DNA of 36,719 nt from a candidate division WOR-3 bacterium (GTDB lineage: Bacteria; Hydrothermota; Tepidihabitantia; Tepidihabitantales; CAIPLT01), in contig CBFGJZ010000002.1 of NCBI GenBank assembly GCA_965649215.1, positions 66,407 to 103,125 on the forward strand. The letters run 5' to 3'. The notes below the pieces were generated by a model. The model had not been told where the DNA came from and did no database searches. It worked only from the letters and a program-made list of their open reading frames with translations. A program made the translations under genes and the position numbers. Shown in pieces: positions 1-8,017 of the stretch; within the stretch, counting starts at the first letter, position 1, and each line of letters begins with the position of its first letter.

Positions 1-135
1 CGGGCGTAATCTATAATTATCGTAATATGATTTAGCGCACCTTATGAAGAGGAAAAGATGATGAAATTGTTTGAATATTTGAGATAATATCTGCTCAGTT
101 GTATATTATTCATAAAATTAAATGGTTATATTGGG

Positions 136-1347
136 TTAATATGTTTTTACAATTTTGATCTCAGCATAATAGTGTTTGAGAATATCTTGATAAGATTTTT
201 TTTGGCGCGCCATTTCTAATGCACCATATTGACATAAACCAATGCCATGTCCCCAACCAAACCCATTGATCTCGACAGTATCTTTGGTCATTTTTAAAGT
301 AAATTGAGTAGATTTAAGGTTTAACGCTTTGCGAATTGCATCACCGCTTATCTTGTATTCGGTTAAACCAGTGAAGTGCAGATGTTCAACTCTTCTCGTA
401 GTTTTATTAATATCCAGTTTGGGTATGAAATCAAATTTATATTTAACATTAGCCAAGTTAAGCAGGGTGTCCTGAAATTGTTGACGAGTAAATTTAGTGG
501 TCCATTGAAAATGTGGAGAGTTTTGACAATATGGTTTTTGTTTACTAGAATGATGAGGTGCGTCAATGATTGAGCGTAAATATGGGTATCGGCCATTTGT
601 TGTCACTCCCCCACAACAAGCGTGATATTGGGCTAAAATTACTTCGTCTTGGTACTTTATTATTTCTCCCCGAGTTAAGTTAACAGCTTGCATTGCTAAT
701 GGATATTCCCGTAAAAGCCCTTTATATTCCTGATCATAGAGATATGAGTTGTAGATATCAAAATCTTTACGCTTGCCCAATAAAGTCATTGTATAACTGC
801 GAGCAGCGACGGCTTGGGCTTTGAGCGCTTCGATTTCAATCTCTTTAGCCATACCCATTTCACAGCTGACCACACCATATAGATATTTTTCTAAAGATAC
901 GATGTTAATGGCAGTCAGTTTTTTCTTAACGGCAAAGCGATGGATGACATTTTTTTTAATCACAATCCGATTATGATATGGCGTCATATTTTGTAAGCTA
1001 TAACCAATTGAGATTTCGGTGGGGCTTTCGAAGATAATTTGGTCCGGACTACTTAATAGTCGTTGTTGGTTTGATTTTAAGATTAAAATACTGTCTTTAT
1101 GATATATAACTACTAAATTAGTGTGAGCACTAAGAGTTGTTGCTTTGCCTTGCGAGATGGCTGAGTAAAGATTTTTACTAAAGACATAAATCGTATCTGT
1201 ATCCCATAAGACTGCGATCGATACTTTTGGCTCAGCGATGGGAGCGACAACTTCCGGCGGGCTTGTAATTGGGGTTCGGATGCGAAGACAACAACTGACT
1301 AGGACGCACCATAAAATACCAAAGGTTAATTTTAGAAAAAGACGCAA
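136..1347 (-). CDS. SpoIID/LytB-domain lytic transglycosylase, predicted lipoprotein
   Basis: Motifs LEKYLYGVVSCEM (catalytic Glu), EALKAQAVAARSY, YHACCGG, GWGHGIGLCQYGA, ILKHYY; lipobox-like LVSC; TTG start 3 nt after the upstream gene's stop. Confidence 0.9.
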   Translation of the reverse strand: MRLFLKLTFGILWCVLVSCCLRIRTPITSPPEVVAPIAEPKVSIAVLWDTDTIYVFSKNLYSAISQGKATTLSAHTNLVVIYHKDSILILKSNQQRLLSSPDQIIFESPTEISIGYSLQNMTPYHNRIVIKKNVIHRFAVKKKLTAINIVSLEKYLYGVVSCEMGMAKEIEIEALKAQAVAARSYTMTLLGKRKDFDIYNSYLYDQEYKGLLREYPLAMQAVNLTRGEIIKYQDEVILAQYHACCGGVTTNGRYPYLRSIIDAPHHSSKQKPYCQNSPHFQWTTKFTRQQFQDTLLNLANVKYKFDFIPKLDINKTTRRVEHLHFTGLTEYKISGDAIRKALNLKSTQFTLKMTKDTVEINGFGWGHGIGLCQYGALEMARQKKSYQDILKHYYAEIKIVKTY

Positions 1348-1350
1348 CTT

Positions 1351-2613
1351 TTATTTCTTTAGTTTTAGTTTTGCTGTAAGAATACGATCTGATGAGAATA
1401 TCTTTGCTGCAATGAGAGTGATAACAATTGCAAATAAAACCATATAGAGCATCCCGCCAATAATTATTAACAATTGATTAAAAAATACAGCTTGCGTCAT
1501 AATAAAAGGATAAGTAAAAGGGTTAAGATAGAGAACTATTTGTAAAATCGGGGATAATGATTTAATATCTGACATCAGGACGATAAGATATGGAAATAAA
1601 GCTAAGATATTTATAGGTGTGATAATGACTTGGGCTTGTTTAGCGTCGCTGGCAAAGATTGTTAAAAGTGTTGCTAAACTAGCTGCACAAATAATCGCTA
1701 AAAATAACGACAGCGCTAATATCCCATACAAGGTAGTTTGATTGGGAGCGGTGTTTACGAGATTCAATAAGTTAGGAGCCGATGACGGCGAATACATATT
1801 CATGGGGGTTAAATAGAAGCGAATACCAATTATGAATACCACTGATAAAAGAATCGCGACAAAGCCAGCTCCAAACATTTTACCAAGGAGAATTTTAAAG
1901 CGGCTAACTGGGAATGTTAAAAGCGTTTCTAAGGTCTTATTTTCTTTTTCCTGTCCCATTGCTGCACCGATCATCTGACTGATATAGATAATCACCATCA
2001 ATAAAATTATCGGAATAAAGATAGTCTGCACGCGAATTGCATTTTTGAGTTGAACTGGGTCGGCTTGGATAAGTTGTTCTTTGATTTGAACATAATTGGT
2101 TAGTTGTAGGGGTTGTTTAATAGAAATAATCGGAATGTTGGGATTTGCTCGTCGAATGAGTAATGAACTGATGCTGTCATTAAAAAGATTTAATGCGTTT
2201 CTAAGCGTCGCGATACCGATGTCATCAAAAGGTGATAAGTTATTGATTAGTGAATATAATTGGATAGTGGGACGGTTAAAAGATTTTAATTCTGCTTCTA
2301 ACCCCAAAGGTATGACTACGATATTGTTTATTTTTTCAATTTTAGCCTGGCTAAGGATTGTTTTGAGATCTTTATTAGATTCATTAACAATAAAGTTATG
2401 CTTTTTGAGATAATAAATAAAATTTTGACTAGTTTCGGTTTGGTCATTGTCAATAAGGTAGATTGGTGTTGGTTTTTGTGCTTTTTGCATTTCACCTTTC
2501 ATCAGACGACCAATAAACGAAAAGAAAAAAACCATTATGACGATTGGAATTAAAAGGGTCATCGTCAGTAATTCTTTAATTTCTTTTTTAATAAGCACTA
2601 TAATCTGCTTCAT
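1351..2613 (-). CDS. ABC-2 type exporter permease (NatB-like)
   Basis: N-terminal TM, large extracytoplasmic loop, QEKENKTLETLLTFPVSR..ILLGK motif, several C-terminal TMs; overlaps the ATPase stop by 4 nt. Confidence 0.9.
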   Translation of the reverse strand: MKQIIVLIKKEIKELLTMTLLIPIVIMVFFFSFIGRLMKGEMQKAQKPTPIYLIDNDQTETSQNFIYYLKKHNFIVNESNKDLKTILSQAKIEKINNIVVIPLGLEAELKSFNRPTIQLYSLINNLSPFDDIGIATLRNALNLFNDSISSLLIRRANPNIPIISIKQPLQLTNYVQIKEQLIQADPVQLKNAIRVQTIFIPIILLMVIIYISQMIGAAMGQEKENKTLETLLTFPVSRFKILLGKMFGAGFVAILLSVVFIIGIRFYLTPMNMYSPSSAPNLLNLVNTAPNQTTLYGILALSLFLAIICAASLATLLTIFASDAKQAQVIITPINILALFPYLIVLMSDIKSLSPILQIVLYLNPFTYPFIMTQAVFFNQLLIIIGGMLYMVLFAIVITLIAAKIFSSDRILTAKLKLKK

Positions 2614-3332
2614 TGCGTTGCTCCAAAAAAGATCTCTTCGAGATTGCGGGCATGATATTTTTCTTTAAGTTCACTCACAACACCACTTTCAATAACCCTC
2701 CCTTGTTTGAGGAGCGCAACCCGGTCAGAGAGAAATTCGATTTCGAGCATATTATGAGATGATAAAAGAACGGTGCCGCCCCGAGCAACGAATTGTTTAA
2801 TGATTTTACGAATTTCAAGCGAATTGATAACATCTAAACCGACTGTTGGTTCGTCTAATATAGCAAGACGGGGGTTCGTCATTAAGGCACGGGCTAAAAG
2901 TAGTTTCCTGGCCATTCCTTTGCTGTAGGTTTTAACTTTGTGTTTAAGACGCTCGCCTAGACTTGCGATTTCAACTGCTTGGTCAATAAACTCTTTTCGC
3001 TCACTTTGATTAGAAGAATATAAATCAGCAATGAATTTAAGATAATCCAAACCGCTTAGGTTTTTATAGGCACCGGCCTCTTCTGGTAAATAGCTGATTA
3101 ATCTTCTTATTTTGTTCGGCTCTTTTACAACGTCGATGTCGTATATTTGAACCTTACCTTGATCGGGTTTGAGTAAGGTTGCTAAAATTCTTAAGGTAGT
3201 AGTCTTCCCCGACCCATTTGGGCCAATGAGACCAAAGATTTCACCTTGATTAATTTCAAACGAGACATTTTGTAATGCCACTAAATTACCATAACTTTTA
3301 GATAATCCTTGAACCAGACATGCTTTCGTCAT
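2610..3332 (-). CDS. ABC exporter ATP-binding protein (NatA-like)
   Basis: Walker A GPNGSGKT, signature YSKGM, Walker B ILDEPT, SSH switch. Confidence 0.95.
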   Translation of the reverse strand: MTKACLVQGLSKSYGNLVALQNVSFEINQGEIFGLIGPNGSGKTTTLRILATLLKPDQGKVQIYDIDVVKEPNKIRRLISYLPEEAGAYKNLSGLDYLKFIADLYSSNQSERKEFIDQAVEIASLGERLKHKVKTYSKGMARKLLLARALMTNPRLAILDEPTVGLDVINSLEIRKIIKQFVARGGTVLLSSHNMLEIEFLSDRVALLKQGRVIESGVVSELKEKYHARNLEEIFFGATQ

Positions 3333-3341
3333 TAATAATTC

Positions 3342-3369
3342 AGTATAATTTGCGTAGTGGATATGTCAA
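3342..3369 (-). promoter_or_regulatory. sigma70-type promoter of the ABC/spoIID operon
   Basis: TTGACA-N16-TATACT, 9 nt before the ATG, no SD. Confidence 0.75.
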
Positions 3370-3385
3370 TATTAATGATAAACTC

Positions 3386-3414
3386 TTTACAAGGTGCTTT
3401 TTTTTAGTGATAAT
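3386..3414 (+). promoter_or_regulatory. sigma70-type promoter of rbfA-truB-ribF
   Basis: TTTACA-N17-GATAAT, 5 nt before the ATG. Confidence 0.65.
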
Positions 3415-3419
3415 AAAAT

Positions 3420-3776
3420 ATGCCATACCGAGAACAGAAGATAGCCGAAGCGATAAAAAGTGCCGTGGGAGAGATAATCTTGGAAGATTTAGCTGATCCC
3501 AATCTTGGTTTTGTATCAATTACCGCCATTAAACTTGCGAATGATTATAAACAGGCAACTCTTTATTTCACTGCTTTTGGAGAAAAAGCCGATTTGCAAA
3601 TAATTCTAAGTCATCTTAACCATGCCAAAAATTTTATTAAGCAACGGCTAAAGTATAAAGTTAAGTTGCGATATTTACCCGAATTAATTTTTGAAATTGA
3701 CCGTCTCATTGAAACCGAACGAAAAATCGGTACGATGCTTGATCAATTAAAGCATTCAGACGATAAAGGGTTGTGA
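3420..3776 (+). CDS. rbfA: 30S ribosome-binding factor A
   Basis: DPNLGFVSIT and VKLRYLPELIFEID motifs; 118 aa; synteny with truB. Confidence 0.95.
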   Translation: MPYREQKIAEAIKSAVGEIILEDLADPNLGFVSITAIKLANDYKQATLYFTAFGEKADLQIILSHLNHAKNFIKQRLKYKVKLRYLPELIFEIDRLIETERKIGTMLDQLKHSDDKGL

Positions 3777-4654
3777 TTTTACGCGGGGTCTTACCAATAA
3801 ATAAACCAAAAGGGCTTTCATCTTATGATTGTATTAGAAAAATAAAAATAGTTTTTCCGAATACAAAATTAGGACATGCTGGTACTTTAGATCCTCTGGC
3901 AAGCGGATTGTTATTAATTCTCTTTAACGAAGCTAATAAAATTGCTCAATATTTAATGAATCAAGATAAGGAATATGTTGCGGTAATCGAATTGGGCAAA
4001 CAAACGGATACGGATGATATTTCAGGTCAAGTGATTAGTCAAAGATCATACCTCTCAATTAAACAAAATAAATTAGTGGAAATTTTACAAGGATTTTTAG
4101 GTAAACAAACTCAAATCCCACCTAAGTTTTCGGCGCTTAAACAAAATGGCCAACGAAGTTATATTTTAGCACGTCAGGGTTTTGACTTTACACCAAAGGC
4201 AAGAAAAATTGAGATTAAAGAAATCGAATTATTGGATTTTAATTTGCCATTCATCACAATTAGAACATTAGTATCAAAAGGTACATATATAAGAGCGTTA
4301 GCCCGAGATATTGGTGAGCATTTAGGATGTGGCGGTACTTTAGCAGATTTAATAAGAACTAAAATCGGAAGGTTTGAGCTAAATAAAGCAATTGATTTAT
4401 CAGCAATCCAAGTGGAAACTATTGATTCGTATTTACAACTCATTAATGATGTCCTTGTTGATATTCCAAGTATCATTGTAAACGAAAAAGATCTTACAAA
4501 ACTCTTAACAGGACAGGCGCTTAAATGGTATCAAAATTGGCAGGTTACTAGTGCGCTGTTAAGAGTCATTGATGAAAAAAATCGGGCATTGATTTTAGCT
4601 AAATATCACGATGATAAGATTTATCCCGAACGAGTAATTTATGCGGATTTATAA
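3773..4654 (+). CDS. truB: tRNA pseudouridine(55) synthase
   Basis: INKPKGLSS, GHAGTLDPLASG (catalytic Asp), PPKFSALK, SKGTYIRALARDIG. Confidence 0.97.
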   Translation: MILRGVLPINKPKGLSSYDCIRKIKIVFPNTKLGHAGTLDPLASGLLLILFNEANKIAQYLMNQDKEYVAVIELGKQTDTDDISGQVISQRSYLSIKQNKLVEILQGFLGKQTQIPPKFSALKQNGQRSYILARQGFDFTPKARKIEIKEIELLDFNLPFITIRTLVSKGTYIRALARDIGEHLGCGGTLADLIRTKIGRFELNKAIDLSAIQVETIDSYLQLINDVLVDIPSIIVNEKDLTKLLTGQALKWYQNWQVTSALLRVIDEKNRALILAKYHDDKIYPERVIYADL

Positions 4655-5606
4655 AATCAAACCGGATCATAAATACGAAAACCTAACCGGAGCGGTGATC
4701 GCTTTAGGAAGTTTTGATGGGCTACATCGGGGACATCAAAAGATAATAACAAGTGCAATTAAGTTTGCGCGCTCGATACAGCATCAAGCAGGGATTATTA
4801 CTTATCAACCCATTCCACAAGTTCTCTTATATCCCGATTTTCATTTTCTTTTAACAACGGATCAGGAGAAAAAAGATTTGTTACGAAAGTTAAATATTGA
4901 TTTTATCGGATTTGTAAATTTTACTAAAAAATTACAACAGTTAGAGGCGGAACAATTTATAACTGATTATATTGTAAAAACGATAAATCCTTTAATGATT
5001 GTAGTAGGAGTTGACCATCATTTTGGTAAAGAACATAAAGGAAATGTTATTTTATTAAAGAAACTCGGTAAAAAGTATAATTTTAAAGTGAAAGTTATTT
5101 CTAACCTAAAATATTATGGGGCGTCAATTAAATCAACTCGGATTCGAGAATTGTTAATTTTAGGTAATATCAAAAGAGCCAATGAACTTTTAGGCCATCC
5201 TTACTCATTAACAGGTAAGGTAATTAAAGGCAAGGGATTAGCCAAGACACTTGGTTTTCCAACCCTGAATTTGAGTGTTTTAGACAAAAGGAAATTAATC
5301 CCAGCTGACGGTGTTTATCAGGTTTATGCCAAATTTCAAGGTAAACAATATAATGGCGTTATGAATATTGGATTTGCACCAACCATTGCTGATAAATTAA
5401 ATCAATATTCCCAACGTTCGATTGAAGTCCATTTGTTTGATTTTTTACAAACCAAAGAATATTCTTTGAATAAAATCATTACTGTTCAATTAATTAATAG
5501 GCTACGCGCGGAAAAGAAATTTGATAATTTAGAAGAATTAAAAAAACAAATTGCGTTAGACATTGAATGTGCGAAAAAACTTTTTTATGAATTCAATAAA
5601 TATTAA
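4641..5606 (+). CDS. ribF: bifunctional FAD synthetase/riboflavin kinase
   Basis: GSFDGLHRGHQ, STRIRE, LGFPTLN, NIGFAPT, IEVHLFDF. Confidence 0.97.
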   Translation: MRIYKIKPDHKYENLTGAVIALGSFDGLHRGHQKIITSAIKFARSIQHQAGIITYQPIPQVLLYPDFHFLLTTDQEKKDLLRKLNIDFIGFVNFTKKLQQLEAEQFITDYIVKTINPLMIVVGVDHHFGKEHKGNVILLKKLGKKYNFKVKVISNLKYYGASIKSTRIRELLILGNIKRANELLGHPYSLTGKVIKGKGLAKTLGFPTLNLSVLDKRKLIPADGVYQVYAKFQGKQYNGVMNIGFAPTIADKLNQYSQRSIEVHLFDFLQTKEYSLNKIITVQLINRLRAEKKFDNLEELKKQIALDIECAKKLFYEFNKY

Positions 5607-5617
5607 ACGGGAATTTA

Positions 5618-5713
5618 AAATAAACGGGGAAGTACAATATCAGAATTGAAATTTTTTTGGTGGGGAAAATGGGGTATAGGGTATTTAATGGCTGAGTATT
5701 GTACTTCCCACAT
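5618..5713 (-). ncRNA. candidate ~95-nt hairpin sRNA (alternatively leaderless 32-aa ORF 5713-5615)
   Basis: Consensus promoter directly upstream; arms GGGAAGTACAATACTCAG / CTGATATTGTACTTCCC enclose a C-rich loop; U-rich tail follows. Confidence 0.5.
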
Positions 5714-5720
5714 ATAAATA

Positions 5721-5748
5721 ATTATAATATTTCATAAAATTTTGTCAA
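5721..5748 (-). promoter_or_regulatory. consensus sigma70 promoter with no annotated gene downstream
   Basis: TTGACA (5748-5743)-N16-TATAAT (5726-5721). Confidence 0.7.
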
Positions 5749-5930
5749 GTATTATTTTTGAGAAGTAGAAAATAATCAATGGTTTACAAAATACCAGCAA
5801 ACTCAATACAGATATAGGTTGTATGGTTTTAGTAGTTTTGTATTAAAGGTTTTTGTAAATAATGATGAATTAATTTGTTGGGGGGGGTGAAAAAATCAAT
5901 AAAAATAACAATATACAGTGATTTTAATTA

Positions 5931-7520
5931 TTATAATATTTTTAATATTTTGAGGGTGATGCTTTTATTTGGCAAATTTAATTTACAGAAATAGAGTCCA
6001 GCAGAAAGATTTTTAGAGTCAAGAGTTATAAAATAATTGCCTGCAGGTTTGTGTTCATCAGCTAAAATCTTTACTAATCTACCCGAAGCATTATACAGAT
6101 GGAGTGATACTTTGCCTGCAATGGGTAATGAATAATGAATTGTGGTTTGTGATGTAAAGGGATTGGGCGATGTGGACAAATTTCCAATATCTAATTTCCA
6201 ATTTCCAATATCTTGTTCAATACCAGCATAAGGCAGTGGAATAAAATGGCAGATGACTGGATTTAAAGTTGCTCGACCTTGTGTGATCATTGCAAAGCCA
6301 GCAATTGAATCAATGAGATACGAAATGACCAAGGTGTCAGCAAACACACCGCCCGCACAGGGAAATCTTTTTGATGTTGTATTGGGAATAGTGATTGATT
6401 GTTGGTTGTGCCAGGTTTGACCATTATTAGGTGACTCCGCAATCCAGATATCAGCCCGAGTCAGATAAGTAGATGGTTCATAATTGAGTGAATCAAACTG
6501 TTCCCAAGTAACATAGAAATGATTGGTAGTTGGCGATTGAACAATGGTCGGACGGGTTGCGAAAATGGCATTATAACCGACTGGTGCATTTAAAGTTTGT
6601 GGTGCATAATGATAAACCAGACTCCATTGTGGATTATTAATTGGGCAAAAATGCCAGATTGCAGCAGGCACAGTAAAACCCGTATCAGAAACTGAAGTGA
6701 CAATATGTAAATTGTCTTGATAGTCAAACATTGCAAAGAGACCTGAGAGATCAAAGCAAGGAGTTATTCCTTGAGCAGGTGGAAATGGCAGTTGGACTGG
6801 GGAATCCCAGTTTATGCCCCCATCATTAGATATGCGATAAAATGCTCGTTCAGGATATGGGTCATTAAGACAACGCCAGACAACTACTACTTTATTTGAT
6901 ATTTTAGAAGCAGCGATGTTATAAGATAAATAATATGGTGGAACATCGGTACTAATATTAAGCGGTGTTGTCCAATTACACCAAGGTTGAATTCGGGCAT
7001 ACCAGAGAGTATCAATAGTAGTGTCTAACATTATACAATGAATTGCTTGATTGTGACTAACATTGATTACTGGATTACGATAACTAAGAGGTCCTTGGCA
7101 ATAAACGAAAGTACCAGCCCCAGGCGATTGGTCTTTAGCACAAGTTATTGTTAAACCGCCACTAACACTTTGATGAGTACTGGCAATCGCAACACCCGTA
7201 ATTGGGTCATAATCAAGATTACCAAAACCGCTGATTTGTGGATAAATATTCATACCCACAGGCCAGTGCCATTGGTGAGTTGTAAAGTTATAATAGTTAT
7301 AACCCTGATTTCTATCAGTACTAGGATTGAAATTACTGGCAACCCATGAGACATGAATGCCATTACAAACCGAGTCAGTGCGACAACGGGTTGTCATGGG
7401 ACCACCCATTTGCCAATCATAAGTCGTATAACCTATCACATCTTGTCGACCAATTGCTAAAACGATTCCAAGATTACAAACTATAAGATTTAAGATAAGA
7501 AATTTAACGATTTTTCCCAT
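5931..7520 (-). CDS. secreted Asp-box/BNR (sialidase-like propeller) protein with T9SS type A C-terminal domain; paralog 1
   Basis: Signal peptide, Asp-boxes SNDGGINW and SPNNGQTW, CTD SPNPF..TTIHYSL..LYNASGRLV..GLYFCKL; SD GGAGGT. Confidence 0.85.
   Translation of the reverse strand: MGKIVKFLILNLIVCNLGIVLAIGRQDVIGYTTYDWQMGGPMTTRCRTDSVCNGIHVSWVASNFNPSTDRNQGYNYYNFTTHQWHWPVGMNIYPQISGFGNLDYDPITGVAIASTHQSVSGGLTITCAKDQSPGAGTFVYCQGPLSYRNPVINVSHNQAIHCIMLDTTIDTLWYARIQPWCNWTTPLNISTDVPPYYLSYNIAASKISNKVVVVWRCLNDPYPERAFYRISNDGGINWDSPVQLPFPPAQGITPCFDLSGLFAMFDYQDNLHIVTSVSDTGFTVPAAIWHFCPINNPQWSLVYHYAPQTLNAPVGYNAIFATRPTIVQSPTTNHFYVTWEQFDSLNYEPSTYLTRADIWIAESPNNGQTWHNQQSITIPNTTSKRFPCAGGVFADTLVISYLIDSIAGFAMITQGRATLNPVICHFIPLPYAGIEQDIGNWKLDIGNLSTSPNPFTSQTTIHYSLPIAGKVSLHLYNASGRLVKILADEHKPAGNYFITLDSKNLSAGLYFCKLNLPNKSITLKILKIL
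6178..6212. repeat. five degenerate heptamers within the pre-CTD linker
   Basis: aaatttc-caatatc-taatttc-caatttc-caatatc; encodes DIGNWKLDIGNL. Confidence 0.7.
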
Positions 7521-7583
7521 ACTTACCTCCGTACAAAGTTTTTCGAGAGTAATTCATACTTGCTCCTGTTTTAACCTTACTTT

Positions 7584-7611
7584 AATATCACATAAATATT
7601 TATTTTGTCAA
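7584..7611 (-). promoter_or_regulatory. promoter of paralog 1
   Basis: TTGACA-N16-GATATT with TGn extended -10. Confidence 0.55.
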
Positions 7612-7737
7612 GAGGTAAAAGCATAATTAAGGTCGGGTTAAATTAATATAAAAATGTATACTTAAAAGTTTCCTAACTTTAGTAAACTTATATTAACGGT
7701 ATAAGTCGAAAAACCCTTGTTTTTCGCTCTTTCTCTT

Positions 7738-7765
7738 TAATAACTAACAACTAATAACAAATAAC
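7738..7765 (+). repeat. four heptamer repeats (TAAYAAC)
   Basis: taataac-taacaac-taataac-aaataac. Confidence 0.75.
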
Positions 7766-8017
7766 TCTGTTCTAAGGGGGAGTGTGGGGTGGGTCGGGTT
7801 GGCTTATGGGTTTTTGTTGATATTACTCTTGAATTTTAAAGTGTCGAAAGAATGCTAATTAAAATCGTGTACAAGCGTATTGTAAAGAGTCAATTATTTA
7901 ACATGGTTGTAATTCTAAATGAGTTAGTAAATGAAGGCAAGAGTTATATTCAGGAAGCAAATTGTAAATTACGAAGCGAGCATAACCAGATAGGAATCGG
8001 CGCTGGTTTGTTCAAAT

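Noticed and set aside
1-135. Possible gene end or tiny ORFs at the window edge
   Set aside because: Too little sequence to support a call
136-1347. Evidence for sporulation
   Set aside because: SpoIID/LytB domains are widespread in non-sporulating diderms and no other spo genes are present
5880-5887. G8 tract as a phase-variation switch
   Set aside because: Intergenic, downstream of a stop codon, and not within an identifiable promoter spacer
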